From assembly GCA_963823665.1 (NCBI GenBank), contig CAWGMQ010000011.1:768001-832000 (forward strand): 64,000 nt of DNA. The letters are read 5' to 3'. A model generated the notes under the pieces. The model was not told where the DNA came from and made no database searches. It saw nothing but the letters and a program-made list of their open reading frames with translations. Shown here piece by piece: positions 22,201 to 32,661 of this stretch (position 1 is the stretch's first letter; each line of letters opens with the position of its first letter). The DNA is from an uncultured Planctomycetota bacterium (lineage in GTDB: Bacteria; Planctomycetota; Planctomycetia; Isosphaerales; Isosphaeraceae). The translations under genes were made by a program, and so were the position numbers.

Positions 22201-23083
22201 TTGAACCGTTTCGGCACCGCGGTCATCATCGGCGTCGGATTGATCGGCGGGTCAGTCGGGCTGGCGCTGCGCCCGGAAGATCGCGTCGAATGTGATCGGT
22301 GTCGGCCGCAATGCCGCGTCGCTTGAGCAGGCCGTTCGGCTCGGTGCGATCGATCGCGGCGCAATTGACCTCGACTCCGCCGTCGCCGACGCCGACCTCG
22401 TCGTCGTCTGCACGCCCGTAAATCGAGTAGCCGCTGATGTCGTCCGCGCCGCTGGCGCCGCGCCCTCCGACGTGCTCATCACCGACGTGGGCAGCTCGAA
22501 ACGCCAGATCGTCGAGGCCGTCGAGCGAAATTCGCGCGCCGCCGCGGCTTTTGTGGGCGCTCATCCGATCGCCGGGTCCGAGCGCCGCGGGCCCGCGCAT
22601 GCACGGGCCGATCTTTTCGAAGACCGCGTCTGCGTCATCACGCCCACGCCGAGAACCCCGCTCGACCGCACCCGCGAAACGCTCGCACTCTGGACCTCGC
22701 TCGGCTGCCGCGTCGTCGAAATGTCACCGGCCGAGCACGACGAGATCCTCGCTTACACCAGCCATCTGCCACACGCCGTCGCCGCGGCACTCGCCGCTTC
22801 AGTGCCCGCCGAATGGCTGCCGCTGGCCGCCGGCGCGTATCGCGACTGCACCCGTGTCGCCGCCGCCGATACCGATCTATGGGCGGCTATCTTCCGCGAA
22901 AACCGCGGGCCCATGCTCAAAGCTCTAGGCACTCTCCAGAACTGTCTGGATGCATTCAAGTACGCCCTCATGACCGACGATGAGACCGCCATTCGCGCGT
23001 GGTGGGAACAGGCCCGCGCCCGCCGCAGACTCTACGCGGCCGACTTTGACCCGGGCGACCCCGCTCCCCCGCATCCGTCTTGA
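22201..23083 (+). CDS. tyrA: Prephenate dehydrogenase; frameshift near 22272
   Basis: Rossmann IIGVGLIGGSVGLAL in one frame, then TDVGSSK, FVGAHPIAGSE, EHDEILAYTSHLPH and DCTRVA in the next. Confidence 0.9.
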
Positions 23084-23179
23084 ATCCAGCCTCTTTCTCT
23101 TGCTAAGTTTAACATTTGACGATGAACTTGCTCCGCTGTCTTTGTGTATCCATTTTGTGTCCGCGAGTTTTAACGCATC

Positions 23180-26059
23180 ATGCTCTGGCACATCCGGATT
23201 GAACCCGGTCATTCCGTTCCAGACTCACTCGGCCAGCGCCTCGCTGCGCAAGCCGTCGAGTCCGGCCTGACCGGCACGTGGTCGGTTCAGACCAGCCGCG
23301 GGTTCTTGATCGAGGGAGAGATCTCCCGTGAACAACTCGATCGCGTCACGCGGGAGGTTCTGGTTGATCCCGTCGTGGAAACCCACACCATCGAGCCCAC
23401 GAACACGCCCGCTAATGGGCCCGGCTCGATCATCCACGTCATGCCCAAGCCGGGCGTCACTGACCCGGAGGGCTCAAGCGCACTCGAGCTGCTACACCAC
23501 CTGGGCCACCAAGTTTCAAACGTCCGAACGATCAAAACCTACCGCGTACACGGACCGGCCGACTCAATTCCGCGGTTCATCCAGCGCGTGCTGGCCAACG
23601 ACGCCGTCGAACAGACCGTCCGCGGCACGCTCGCTCTCGACCGGCTCGACGCGGGGCAGCCCTATCGTTACCGGCGCGTTTCCGTGCCGATCCGTGACTT
23701 GCGCGACGCCGATCTCTTGCATCTGAGCCGCTCCGGCCAGCTTTCGCTCAGCCTCCCCGAAATGAAGTGCATCCAGCGCCATTTCATCGAGCTCGGCCGC
23801 GATCCCACCGACTGCGAGCTCGAGACGCTGGCCCAGACCTGGAGCGAGCACTGCTCGCACAAGACCTTGCGCGGCCGCATCGCGTTCCGCGGGCGCACGA
23901 TCGACAACTTGCTCAAACAAACGATCTTCAAGGCAACCCACGACCTCAAGTGCGACTGGCTGGTGAGCGTCTTCTCCGATAACGCCGGAGTCGTCCGCTT
24001 TGACGACGAGCACGACGTCTGCTTCAAGGTCGAAACACATAATCACCCCTCAGCGATCGATCCCTATGGCGGCGCCAACACGGGCTTAGGCGGTGTGATC
24101 CGCGACGCGCTCGGCACCGGGCTGGGCTCGAAGCCGATCTGCAACACGGATGTCTTTTGCGTCGCGCGCCCCGATCTTCCGTTCGACGAGCTTCCACCGG
24201 GCACGCTCCATCCCAAGCGCGTGCTCAAGGGCGTGGTGGCCGGTGTGCGCGATTACGGCAATCGCATGGGCATCCCCACGGTGAACGGCGCCCTGGCCGT
24301 CGACCCGGGTTACCTCGCAAATCCCCTTGTTTTCTGTGGAACGGTGGGGCTGCTCCCGCGCGGCAAGTCGGCCAAGATGGTGGCCCCGGGCGACCTGATC
24401 GTCTCGATCGGGGGGCGAACCGGTCGCGACGGCATCCACGGCGCCACCTTCAGCTCGATCGAGCTCACGTCGCAGAGCGAAGCAACTTCCGGCGGCGCGG
24501 TTCAAATCGGCAACGCCATCACCGAGAAGATGATGCTCGACGTGATCCTCCAGGCGCGCGACCTCGGCTATTTCCACGCGATCACCGACTGCGGCGCCGG
24601 CGGCTTCAGCTCCGCCGTCGGCGAGATGGGCGCAGCTCTTGGCGCGGAGGTCGATCTCGAGCGTGCCCCGCTCAAGTATCAAGGACTGTCGTATACCGAG
24701 ATCTGGATATCCGAAGCACAAGAGCGCATGGTGCTTGCCGTGCCGCCGGAAAAGTGGCCTCTCCTGCTCGAGCTTTGCCGGCGCGAGAACGTGGAGGCGA
24801 CCGAGCTCGGCCGATTCGTCCCGAGCGGCCGGTTGTTGCTCCGCTATGAGGGTGAGACGGTCGCCGATCTCTCGATGGATTTCCTGCACGAGGGCCGCCC
24901 TCCTGTCGTTCGTGAGGCAGAATGGACGGCACCGCCCTATCGTCCGGTCGAAGAGCCCGCAAAGACCGATTTCACGGCCGATCTGCTCGCCGTGCTGGCG
25001 CATTGGGACGTGTGCAGCAAGGAGTGGATCATCCGCCAGTATGACCATGAGGTGCAGGCACGCACGGCCCTGAGGCCGCTGGTGGGCGCAAGCGACGACG
25101 GCCCCGGCGACGCAGCCGTGATCGTGCCGGTGCGCGGCTCCACTCGCGGTCTCGCCGTCGGCTGCGGTTTGAACCCGCGCTATGGAAAGCTCGATCCATA
25201 CGCCATGGCCGGCTGTGTGATCGACGAGGCGATTCGCAACTGCATCGCCGTGGGGGCCGACCCGGAGCGCATCGCCTTGCTCGACAATTTCTGCTGGGGC
25301 AACACCGAGCGGCCGGCAACCCTGGGCTCCCTCGTGCTCGCCGCGCAGGCTTGCCACGACGTCGCGCTCGCCTACGGCACACCATTCATCTCGGGAAAGG
25401 ACAGCCTGAACAACGAACACTCACACGACGGAAAGAGCCTGGCCATCCCGCCGACTCTCCTGATCAGCGCCATCGGCCAGGTGAACGACGTGCGTTCCTG
25501 CGTGACGATGGACCTGAAGGAGCCCGGCAACGTTCTCTTGCTCGTCGGCCTCACTCGAAACGAGCTGGGCGGGTCGCTCTGGTGCCAGGTTCACTCGCAA
25601 GATGGCGGGCGCGTTCCGCAAGTCGACCCATCCCTGGGGAAAAGTTGCATGCGGGCCATCCACGCCGCCATCAGCCGCGAGCTGCTGCGAAGCTGTCACG
25701 ATCTGAGTGAGGGGGGCCTGGCCGTGGCGCTCGCGGAAATGGCCTTTGCGGGCGGCCTTGGCGCCCTGGTGGCACTCGCCGATGTTCCCCGCGAAGATGA
25801 CGCCTCGAGCGATCTCGTGCTACTATTCTCGGAATCACCGAGTCGCTTCGTGGCCGAAGCTCGGCCCGAATGCCTCGATGAGCTCGCCGAGGTCTGGAAC
25901 GGCGTACCGTTCTGTCGCCTCGGCGTTGTGATGGGCCCGGCCTCCGGAGGCACCGCCTCCAGGCCGCAATTGACAGTGCGTGGACGTGGTGGCTCGACCG
26001 TACTGGATGCCGCCACGGCAGACCTCAAGAGCGCTTGGCAAGAACCGCTGAATTGGTAG
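23180..26059 (+). CDS. purL: Phosphoribosylformylglycinamidine synthase subunit PurL with N-terminal PurS-like segments
   Basis: QTWSEHCSHK, KVETHNHPSAIDPYGGA, GRTGRDGIHGA, DCGAGG, SEAQERM, ISGKDSLNN, CHDLSEGG. No glutaminase domain. Confidence 0.96.
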   Translation: MLWHIRIEPGHSVPDSLGQRLAAQAVESGLTGTWSVQTSRGFLIEGEISREQLDRVTREVLVDPVVETHTIEPTNTPANGPGSIIHVMPKPGVTDPEGSSALELLHHLGHQVSNVRTIKTYRVHGPADSIPRFIQRVLANDAVEQTVRGTLALDRLDAGQPYRYRRVSVPIRDLRDADLLHLSRSGQLSLSLPEMKCIQRHFIELGRDPTDCELETLAQTWSEHCSHKTLRGRIAFRGRTIDNLLKQTIFKATHDLKCDWLVSVFSDNAGVVRFDDEHDVCFKVETHNHPSAIDPYGGANTGLGGVIRDALGTGLGSKPICNTDVFCVARPDLPFDELPPGTLHPKRVLKGVVAGVRDYGNRMGIPTVNGALAVDPGYLANPLVFCGTVGLLPRGKSAKMVAPGDLIVSIGGRTGRDGIHGATFSSIELTSQSEATSGGAVQIGNAITEKMMLDVILQARDLGYFHAITDCGAGGFSSAVGEMGAALGAEVDLERAPLKYQGLSYTEIWISEAQERMVLAVPPEKWPLLLELCRRENVEATELGRFVPSGRLLLRYEGETVADLSMDFLHEGRPPVVREAEWTAPPYRPVEEPAKTDFTADLLAVLAHWDVCSKEWIIRQYDHEVQARTALRPLVGASDDGPGDAAVIVPVRGSTRGLAVGCGLNPRYGKLDPYAMAGCVIDEAIRNCIAVGADPERIALLDNFCWGNTERPATLGSLVLAAQACHDVALAYGTPFISGKDSLNNEHSHDGKSLAIPPTLLISAIGQVNDVRSCVTMDLKEPGNVLLLVGLTRNELGGSLWCQVHSQDGGRVPQVDPSLGKSCMRAIHAAISRELLRSCHDLSEGGLAVALAEMAFAGGLGALVALADVPREDDASSDLVLLFSESPSRFVAEARPECLDELAEVWNGVPFCRLGVVMGPASGGTASRPQLTVRGRGGSTVLDAATADLKSAWQEPLNW

Positions 26060-26173
26060 CGGCTCGCCGCCGGGCGTAGGCGCGGCGATCGTTCGGTTGT
26101 GTGTGCTCCGGTAAGTAGTTCGTCACGGTTGGTTGGTTAACTTTTCTTAGGTCCGTATTGAAATGAGGATATC

Positions 26174-27007
26174 ATGATGCTCCGCTTCGTCACGTTCGTG
26201 GATGGGTCGAATCTCGACGGTGTGTTAAAACATCTGAATCTGCGAGTCGATGATTATGGCTCTTTTTATCGTCATGTCTTCGAGCAGAGCGTACAGTACT
26301 GGGGCCGAACCTTTGCCGATGGTGCCGACTGGCCCACTGCCCAGCATTCGCGCATCTACTGGTACGTCGTCGGCAAGATGGACGAATGGGATTTGAACGA
26401 CCCCAAGGCCGAGGCCCGCTTGCGCGCTCGCTTCGAGATGAATCCCCGGCTGCGCGACGCCTACCTGGAAGACGCCAGCCGCCGGCTTTCCGACATGCCG
26501 ATCGACCGTCGGGCCGAGGAAGCCTGGAACTTCTGTTTCTCCGAAACCCGCGAATGGTATGAGAGCAAGCGCCGGGCGCTCGAGCGAAAGAAGCGGTTCT
26601 ATCACGGCGTCCAGGCCGCGACCGACTTCGTCGAAATCCGCCAGGAAGGGCACTGGAAGGTCGACCTGCTTCACCACTCAGTGAATGAAAAGGGTCTCGA
26701 CACCAGTCTCGCGGTTGACATGGTGGCATTGCAGGATACCTACGACATCGCCCTCTTGATCTCGGGCGACGCCGATGGAATTCCCGGCATCAACTACGTC
26801 AAGAGCCGCTCGAAGCACGTCGGCGTGGCCGAATTCCGGCGCGGGTCTCCGGCCGACTTCCCCACCAAGGGAACCTCATCGCGGTTGAAGATCGCAGCCG
26901 ACTTCGTCGTCCAGGTCTATGAGTCGGAGCTGCTTCGCCGCAACCTGGCGTATCGCGCCGAATCCGACTATTCCACTCAGTTAGGGGGCAACGAGCCGCC
27001 GTATTGA
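26174..27007 (+). CDS. NYN (LabA/DUF88, PIN-like) domain protein
   Basis: FVDGSNL, EKGLDTSLAVDM, LISGDADGIP, LKIAADF. Confidence 0.88.
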   Translation: MMLRFVTFVDGSNLDGVLKHLNLRVDDYGSFYRHVFEQSVQYWGRTFADGADWPTAQHSRIYWYVVGKMDEWDLNDPKAEARLRARFEMNPRLRDAYLEDASRRLSDMPIDRRAEEAWNFCFSETREWYESKRRALERKKRFYHGVQAATDFVEIRQEGHWKVDLLHHSVNEKGLDTSLAVDMVALQDTYDIALLISGDADGIPGINYVKSRSKHVGVAEFRRGSPADFPTKGTSSRLKIAADFVVQVYESELLRRNLAYRAESDYSTQLGGNEPPY

Positions 27008-27088
27008 GGGTTTCGCAGAGAGAGCGCGATGACCGGAGCTTCGTTCCAGCGCAGACCCCGGGTTTTTTCGCGCGCTCTGAGCCTGCGC

Positions 27089-27682
27089 TCACCCGAAGAC
27101 CTTGTCCACCTCGATCCGCCACCCCGGTACCGCCGGTTCGGCGTGAGCAACCTGACCGCGCGCAAAGACCACCAGCTCTTCGGGCGCATCGGCGCGATAG
27201 GAACGGATCAATTTCGCGACGGAGTCGACGTCCCACATCACTTTGGTACCGGCTTCAAAATAGTCACGACGTTTGGCGGCGATCTCGTTTTCTGCCGCGG
27301 GACCGAAGTCGTTCTCGCTTCGCACCTCGACCGCAAGAGTCGGCGGCCCGCTCACGAACCGCATCTCGTTCGCCGGAAACACACCATCGTAAAACGATGC
27401 GTCCGGAGAAAACGATTCGCGACCGGAGCGCAGTCTCGGTACGCCGAACCCCATATTGTCCGTATACGCCTCGCCTCGACCTACGGCTTGGGCGTAATCA
27501 TCAAGGCTGCGAGTAATTCGAAATGCAATTCGATTCGGAAGACGACCAGTCGCCATGAGAGGAACGATCCTTCCACCGATCAGTTCTGCCTTTCCGTCGT
27601 AGCGGTAAAGATCGTCGAGAGTCGCGGCCGGCTCAGCTTGCGGCCTGGGCTGCGGCTCAGATCTCGTTCGAGCGACACCCAT
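27089..27682 (-). CDS. Uma2 family (PD-(D/E)XK) putative endonuclease
   Basis: KAELIGGRIV, FSPDASF, PTLAVEVRSEND, KRRDYFEAGTKVMWDVD, EPAVPGW. Confidence 0.88.
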   Translation of the reverse strand: MGVARTRSEPQPRPQAEPAATLDDLYRYDGKAELIGGRIVPLMATGRLPNRIAFRITRSLDDYAQAVGRGEAYTDNMGFGVPRLRSGRESFSPDASFYDGVFPANEMRFVSGPPTLAVEVRSENDFGPAAENEIAAKRRDYFEAGTKVMWDVDSVAKLIRSYRADAPEELVVFARGQVAHAEPAVPGWRIEVDKVFG

Positions 27683-27820
27683 GATGAGATTCCCCTCCGA
27701 TCGAGCCGCGCTTGACTCTCCTCGCCGAGCGCGAATACGATCTGAACACGATGATACCGGAATTGGCCCCAACGGACAACGCGACGCGCCCGCTAACCTG
27801 CTGCGTCCCTGGCCACCTTT

Positions 27821-27852
27821 CCCCCCCTTAAGAAGGGGGGGTTAGGGGGGGT
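27821..27852. repeat. CCCCCCCTTAAGAAGGGGGGG hairpin / REP-like element
   Basis: C7TT-AAG-AAG7 inverted repeat followed by TTAG7T, intergenic between Uma2 and purQ. Confidence 0.6.
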
Positions 27853-27894
27853 GGCCGCACAGTCGCGCCGACATAAAAAGTACCAAACACCCAG

Positions 27895-28665
27895 ATGTCC
27901 TCACCTCACGCAATCGTCCTCCGAGCACCCGGCACCAACTGTGACGAAGAGGCAGCGTACGCCCTCGGTCTCGCGGGTGCTCTCGCCGAAACCTGGCACA
28001 TCAACCAGGTGATTGAATCACCGGCCGCGCTCGATCGGTTCCAGATCCTGGTGATTCCCGGCGGCTTCTCGTACGGCGACGACCTGGGTGCCGGCCGCAT
28101 CCTCGCGACCAGAATTGCCACCACGCTCGGCGAAGCGCTTCGGCGTTTTCACGAACGCGGCGGCCTGGTTCTCGGCATCTGCAATGGGTTTCAAGTACTG
28201 GTGCGCAGCGGCCTGTTGCCCGGTGGTCCCGCCGCGTCGACCACGCTCGCAGCCAACCAATCCGGCCGGTTTGAAGACCGATGGGTGAAACTTCTGCCCC
28301 GGGCCGGGTTCTCGCCGTTCGTCACGTTCTCGGAGCCGATCGAGCTGCCGGTGGCTCACGGCGAGGGCCGCTTCCTCATGTCCGACAGTGCGGCCGTAAG
28401 CGCACTCGAGCGCAGCGGCCAGGTCGTGCTCCAATACTGCGGCGCCGACTCCCGTCCGACCCAGGATTATCCGGCAAACCCCAACGGGTCCGCAAGCGCA
28501 GTCGCCGGCGTATGTGACCGGACAGGGCGAATCTTCGGTCTCATGCCGCACCCCGAGCGATTCGTCGAGCCCTGGCACCACCCCAGGTGGACACGCCGGC
28601 CGAACGGATCGCGAGCTCAAGGAGAAGGTCTGCGCATCTTCGAAAGCGCCGTCCGAGCCTTCTGA
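27895..28665 (+). CDS. purQ: FGAM synthase glutaminase subunit
   Basis: PGTNCD, PGGFSYGDDL, LGICNGFQVL, PVAHGEG, NPNGS, GLMPHPER. Confidence 0.96.
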   Translation: MSSPHAIVLRAPGTNCDEEAAYALGLAGALAETWHINQVIESPAALDRFQILVIPGGFSYGDDLGAGRILATRIATTLGEALRRFHERGGLVLGICNGFQVLVRSGLLPGGPAASTTLAANQSGRFEDRWVKLLPRAGFSPFVTFSEPIELPVAHGEGRFLMSDSAAVSALERSGQVVLQYCGADSRPTQDYPANPNGSASAVAGVCDRTGRIFGLMPHPERFVEPWHHPRWTRRPNGSRAQGEGLRIFESAVRAF

Positions 28666-28702
28666 ACGAGCGGACGATCCGGCTCCGCGCCGCACGAATC
28701 GC

Positions 28703-29818
28703 TCACCGTTCACCAAAGGCCACCATCTGGCGCACCACCTCGACGAGATTCTGTGTCTCTTCGAATGCTCGAAGCTGCATGACCGATCCGGTCGGCCCGT
28801 CGGCCATGTCGTGCAACCTCTCAAGATGGGCAACGCAGTCGAGTTCGCGAGCGCGCTCGTGCAGCCGCTCGGCGAGTCGATGGACGACGTCTCTGGCCGG
28901 CACGACCTTGTGCGTCGCCGGGTCGACCAGCCGCGCGCCCATCCCGTAGCGGCACGCCCGCCATTTGTTCTGGCGGATCAAGAAAGGATGGCAATCGAAC
29001 TGATACATTCCCTGGTCAATTTCCTGCGAGAGGTCGTGCACCAGGCACTGGATGAGCGCCGTGATTCCCATGACCTGGTCGAGGCAGGGCGGCATATCGC
29101 AGATTCGCACCTCGACTGTTCCAAAGTTGTGGTGTGGCCTCACATCCCACCACAGCTCGCGAATGGTTCTGATGAAACCGGTGTCGACCAGGTTGTTGAG
29201 CAGCCAGGCATACTCCGACCAGTTGCGCATGAGCGGCGGCAAGCCGGCCGTCGGCAAGGTCTCCATGATCTTGCTGCGCTCGGAGTGCAGCCCCGTGTTC
29301 CGCCCCTGCCAGAACGGGCTGTTCGCCGAGAGCGCGAGCAAGGTCGGCAGATGCTGAAGGATGCGGTCGCAGATCATGATCGCCTTGTCGCCGGAATCGA
29401 CCCCGACGTGAACGTGCAACCCGAACGTGATGATCCGCCGCGCAGTCTCCTGAAGCAGCTCGATCAAGTCGCGATACCGCTCGATCGGCGTGACCTCCTG
29501 CACCTGCCATGGTGAGAATGGATGAGTTCCGCTCCAGAACAGCCGCATGCCCTGCCGGCCCGCAATCTCCGTGACAACCTTGATTTTCTCCGTGAGGTCT
29601 CGATTTGCCTCATCAACGCTTTCGCACACCTTGGTGTTCAGCTCGATATAGCACTGGAAGAGCTCGGGCTTCACCGCGGCTTCCAGCTCGCTGGGAATCT
29701 CGGCGAGGATCTGCGTCACCCCGCTCCTGAGCGCCATGGTCTGGCTGTCGACGAGATTGAGCTCGATCTCGACGCCCAGCGTGGGGCGCTCGTTCCTGAC
29801 AAATCGATAGGGGGGCAC
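28703..29818 (-). CDS. Carboxylate-amine ligase YbdK / GCS2 family
   Basis: TLGVEIE, GTHPF, FGLHVHVG, LSANSPFW, WWDVRP, TVEVRICD, NKWRACRYG. Start taken as GTG at 29818. Confidence 0.9.
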   Translation of the reverse strand: MPPYRFVRNERPTLGVEIELNLVDSQTMALRSGVTQILAEIPSELEAAVKPELFQCYIELNTKVCESVDEANRDLTEKIKVVTEIAGRQGMRLFWSGTHPFSPWQVQEVTPIERYRDLIELLQETARRIITFGLHVHVGVDSGDKAIMICDRILQHLPTLLALSANSPFWQGRNTGLHSERSKIMETLPTAGLPPLMRNWSEYAWLLNNLVDTGFIRTIRELWWDVRPHHNFGTVEVRICDMPPCLDQVMGITALIQCLVHDLSQEIDQGMYQFDCHPFLIRQNKWRACRYGMGARLVDPATHKVVPARDVVHRLAERLHERARELDCVAHLERLHDMADGPTGSVMQLRAFEETQNLVEVVRQMVAFGER

Positions 29819-29894
29819 GATACACAGCTCCGATCGCGATCTGCTCACGACTGCTTGTAGAGCTCGAATGACCCGCTGCGCGAACGAGGTGAAA

Positions 29895-31727
29895 TCAGCG
29901 GCCCGCGGCCCCGCGCATCGCCTGACCGTACGGCTCGAGCAGACTGTACTTGGATTGCCAGGTCGTGTACATGAACCCGATGACCCCCGGAACATCTCGC
30001 GCAGCCTCGTCCCACTGCCGGAAGTTCGAGAGGTCGTCAACGTCATAATACCCGGCGATGATCTGTTTGTGTCCGCGGTCCGCAAAGAATGACAGGCTTT
30101 CCTTCGCCTTGCCGCCGTTCCAGTTGGCGATGATGACGTCGCGCGAAAGTCCCTCCCACGAGCCTTTGAGCGAGCCGTTCACCAGGTAATAGCTGTCGAC
30201 GGCATTGTGGTTCGGATCGAACATGTCCGACCACACAACAATCCGGGCGCGCGGGCTCACCGACTTGATGATCTCGGTGCATTTCCGTACGTTGTCCGCC
30301 AAGAGCCCACCCGGAGTGAGCTTCCGATCCTGGCAGGCGCGGCACCAGTTCGCCACGCGAATCTCATCGTGCGACATGAAAAACGTCTTGGGCCGGAACA
30401 GCTCATTCACCATGCGGGCCTGCGCGCGAAGTATCTCGTACAGCTTCGGCTCGCTCGGGCAGCACATCACCTGGAATCCGTGCGTGATGATGGGGTGATA
30501 CCAGCTCACGCGCAGCCGCTCGCCCGACCGGATCCTCGAGCGCGAGGTGATCCGGATCACAGCACCGGGATGCTCGAATTCATATTCACCGGGCCAGGGA
30601 ACCTGACCCAGCTTTGCGTCCGCGACTGGCTCAAAGTCGCGGCCTTCCTCGTACGTCGTCTTGCCGTCCGCTGATTTGATAACGAACGGGCATCCCTTGC
30701 GCCTGAGCAGATTGACGAGTGCCAGCTCTTCCAGAACGAGGTCGTCGATCCAGAACGTGCCCTTGCCTTCGCCCCAGAAGCCCGCGTACAGGCTGACTTC
30801 GCGCTCTTCGAGACTATTGAAGACGACGTCGATCTTCTTCCAGTCCGCGGTCGGCTCGAGCCCTCCTTCGTGAAACGTGAGCGACTTGTTCTCTTTGCTG
30901 GTGGCGAGCGCCAGCAAGTGAAACGATCCGGTCGGAGCCAGGTCCCTCGTCTTGACCCAGCATGAATAGCGATAGGCGGTGTGCGGGCGCACGCTCACGC
31001 GCTGTACGAGCCGCAGGTTGGGTGACGTATGGCCTTTGTCCTTCGTCCCGGCCTCCAGACGGCATGAAACAAGGCCGCCGTGCACCACCGTGCGATCGGC
31101 GAACGTTCCGGCCCCCGGGTCGTCCTGGAACGAATAGTTGAGAAACTTGTCGCCGCTCGTTTCTTCGAGCCCGCCATTCCGGATTTGCACGGCCGGCTTC
31201 GAATCGAGAACGGCCTCCAGCCGCCCGCTCCGCGCCGGTGCTGCACCGGTCTTCTTCGGTCCGGCGCGCGTGGCGGCCGCGCCGGAAACGGTTTTGACCA
31301 CATACGGTTGGTCAACGACCGGCAGTCCCTCCGCCAGGTTCACGTCGTGCGCCAGATGCCCGTTACTGTAGCCGATCGAGAACACGGCTGGCACCAGCTC
31401 AAGCCCGGCTGCGTCGGCCGCCGACTTGATCTTTTCGACGTTCCGGAAGTAGTTGTCCGTGACCCGGTCCAGGACCTGCAGCTTGTAGTCCGAGAACAGG
31501 ATTCCAGTGTACCCGCTCCGCTTGGCCCGATCGAAAAGCTCCGCGAGCTGCGGCACGGACGCGTCGACTTGAAGATTCGTGCTGCAATAAAGCCAGCGCT
31601 CCGAATAGGGCGCAACGGCTCGTTCGCCTTCGGCTTTTGCCGTGACGCTCGAGAAGGCGCACAACCAAACGGCATGAAACACGGCCGCGATCGTCGCGCG
31701 GGCCCCGCGGCAGTTCCGGATGTTCAT
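29895..31727 (-). CDS. Secreted GH20-like TIM-barrel protein with inserted carbohydrate-binding (CBM4/9-like) module
   Basis: Signal peptide, IRNGGLE...YRYSCWVKT...GTFWIDDL (CBM-like), FFMSHDEIR (GH20-type DE pair), VWSDMFDP, FMYTTW. Confidence 0.6.
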   Translation of the reverse strand: MNIRNCRGARATIAAVFHAVWLCAFSSVTAKAEGERAVAPYSERWLYCSTNLQVDASVPQLAELFDRAKRSGYTGILFSDYKLQVLDRVTDNYFRNVEKIKSAADAAGLELVPAVFSIGYSNGHLAHDVNLAEGLPVVDQPYVVKTVSGAAATRAGPKKTGAAPARSGRLEAVLDSKPAVQIRNGGLEETSGDKFLNYSFQDDPGAGTFADRTVVHGGLVSCRLEAGTKDKGHTSPNLRLVQRVSVRPHTAYRYSCWVKTRDLAPTGSFHLLALATSKENKSLTFHEGGLEPTADWKKIDVVFNSLEEREVSLYAGFWGEGKGTFWIDDLVLEELALVNLLRRKGCPFVIKSADGKTTYEEGRDFEPVADAKLGQVPWPGEYEFEHPGAVIRITSRSRIRSGERLRVSWYHPIITHGFQVMCCPSEPKLYEILRAQARMVNELFRPKTFFMSHDEIRVANWCRACQDRKLTPGGLLADNVRKCTEIIKSVSPRARIVVWSDMFDPNHNAVDSYYLVNGSLKGSWEGLSRDVIIANWNGGKAKESLSFFADRGHKQIIAGYYDVDDLSNFRQWDEAARDVPGVIGFMYTTWQSKYSLLEPYGQAMRGAAGR

Positions 31728-31746
31728 GGGGCTTTCTCGCACGAGC

Positions 31747-32616
31747 TCAGCCGATACGGCCGGTGATGTACGCCTCGGTGCGCTTGTCTTTGGGTGTAGT
31801 GAAGAGAAGGTCGGTAGAGCTGAACTCGACGAGGATGCCGGTGCGATGGCCGTCGGCTGCGGCCTCGTCGAGCATGAGGCAAGCCGTCAGATCGCTCACG
31901 CGGCGGGCCTGCTGCATGTTGTGTGTGACGATCACGATCGTGTAGTCTTGCTTCAAGTCTTCCATGAGATCTTCGACGCGTGCGGTGGAGATCGGGTCCA
32001 GTGCCGAGCACGGCTCGTCCATCAGGATCACCTCGGGCTCGACGGCAAGCGTCCGTGCGATGCAAAGCCGCTGCTGCTGGCCGCCGGAGAGCTCGAGCCC
32101 TGAGCGATGCAGCTTGTTCCGCACCTCGTCCCAGAGCGCGGCCCGGCGCAGCGAGCGCTCGACCAGCTCGTCCATGTCGCCGCGATATCCGTTGATCCTG
32201 GCCCCCCACGCGACATTGTTGTAAATCGTCTTCGGGAATGGATTCGGCTTCTGAAAGACCATCCCGATCCGGCGTCGCAGCACGACAGGGTCGATCTGAT
32301 CGCCGGAAATCAGCTCGCCGTCGAATCGCACCTCGCCTTCGGCGCGCGAGTTCGCGATCAGGTCATTCATGCGGTTGAAGCAGCGCAACAGTGTGCTCTT
32401 GCCGCACCCCGACGGTCCGATGAGCGCGGTGATCTTGTTGCGCGGGATATCGATCGTGATGTTCTTGAGCGCCAGGCTGGCCCCGTACCAGACCGAGAGG
32501 CCGCGAGTCGAGAGCACGACCGGATCGAGTGCACGTGGGGCCGGCTTCGGCGCCGCGCGCGCCGCCTCGGGCGGTTTTGCCGCCGCACGGTCGTTCACTT
32601 TTTCGGAGACGCTCAT
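31747..32616 (-). CDS. pstB: Phosphate ABC transporter ATPase
   Basis: [46 protein letters not shown]. Confidence 0.96.
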   Translation of the reverse strand: MSVSEKVNDRAAAKPPEAARAAPKPAPRALDPVVLSTRGLSVWYGASLALKNITIDIPRNKITALIGPSGCGKSTLLRCFNRMNDLIANSRAEGEVRFDGELISGDQIDPVVLRRRIGMVFQKPNPFPKTIYNNVAWGARINGYRGDMDELVERSLRRAALWDEVRNKLHRSGLELSGGQQQRLCIARTLAVEPEVILMDEPCSALDPISTARVEDLMEDLKQDYTIVIVTHNMQQARRVSDLTACLMLDEAAADGHRTGILVEFSSTDLLFTTPKDKRTEAYITGRIG

Positions 32617-32661
32617 CGATAGGCTCGCTTGTGCGGAAAGAGGCCGTTCCCGGGATCTTCG

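Noticed and set aside
22260..22292. Programmed frameshift in tyrA
   Set aside because: No slippery heptamer. Loss of a GC dinucleotide by sequencing error is simpler.
28703..30085. 460-aa extended N-terminus of the ybdK-like ligase
   Set aside because: The extension overlaps the upstream gene in another frame. Family similarity begins near GTG 29818.
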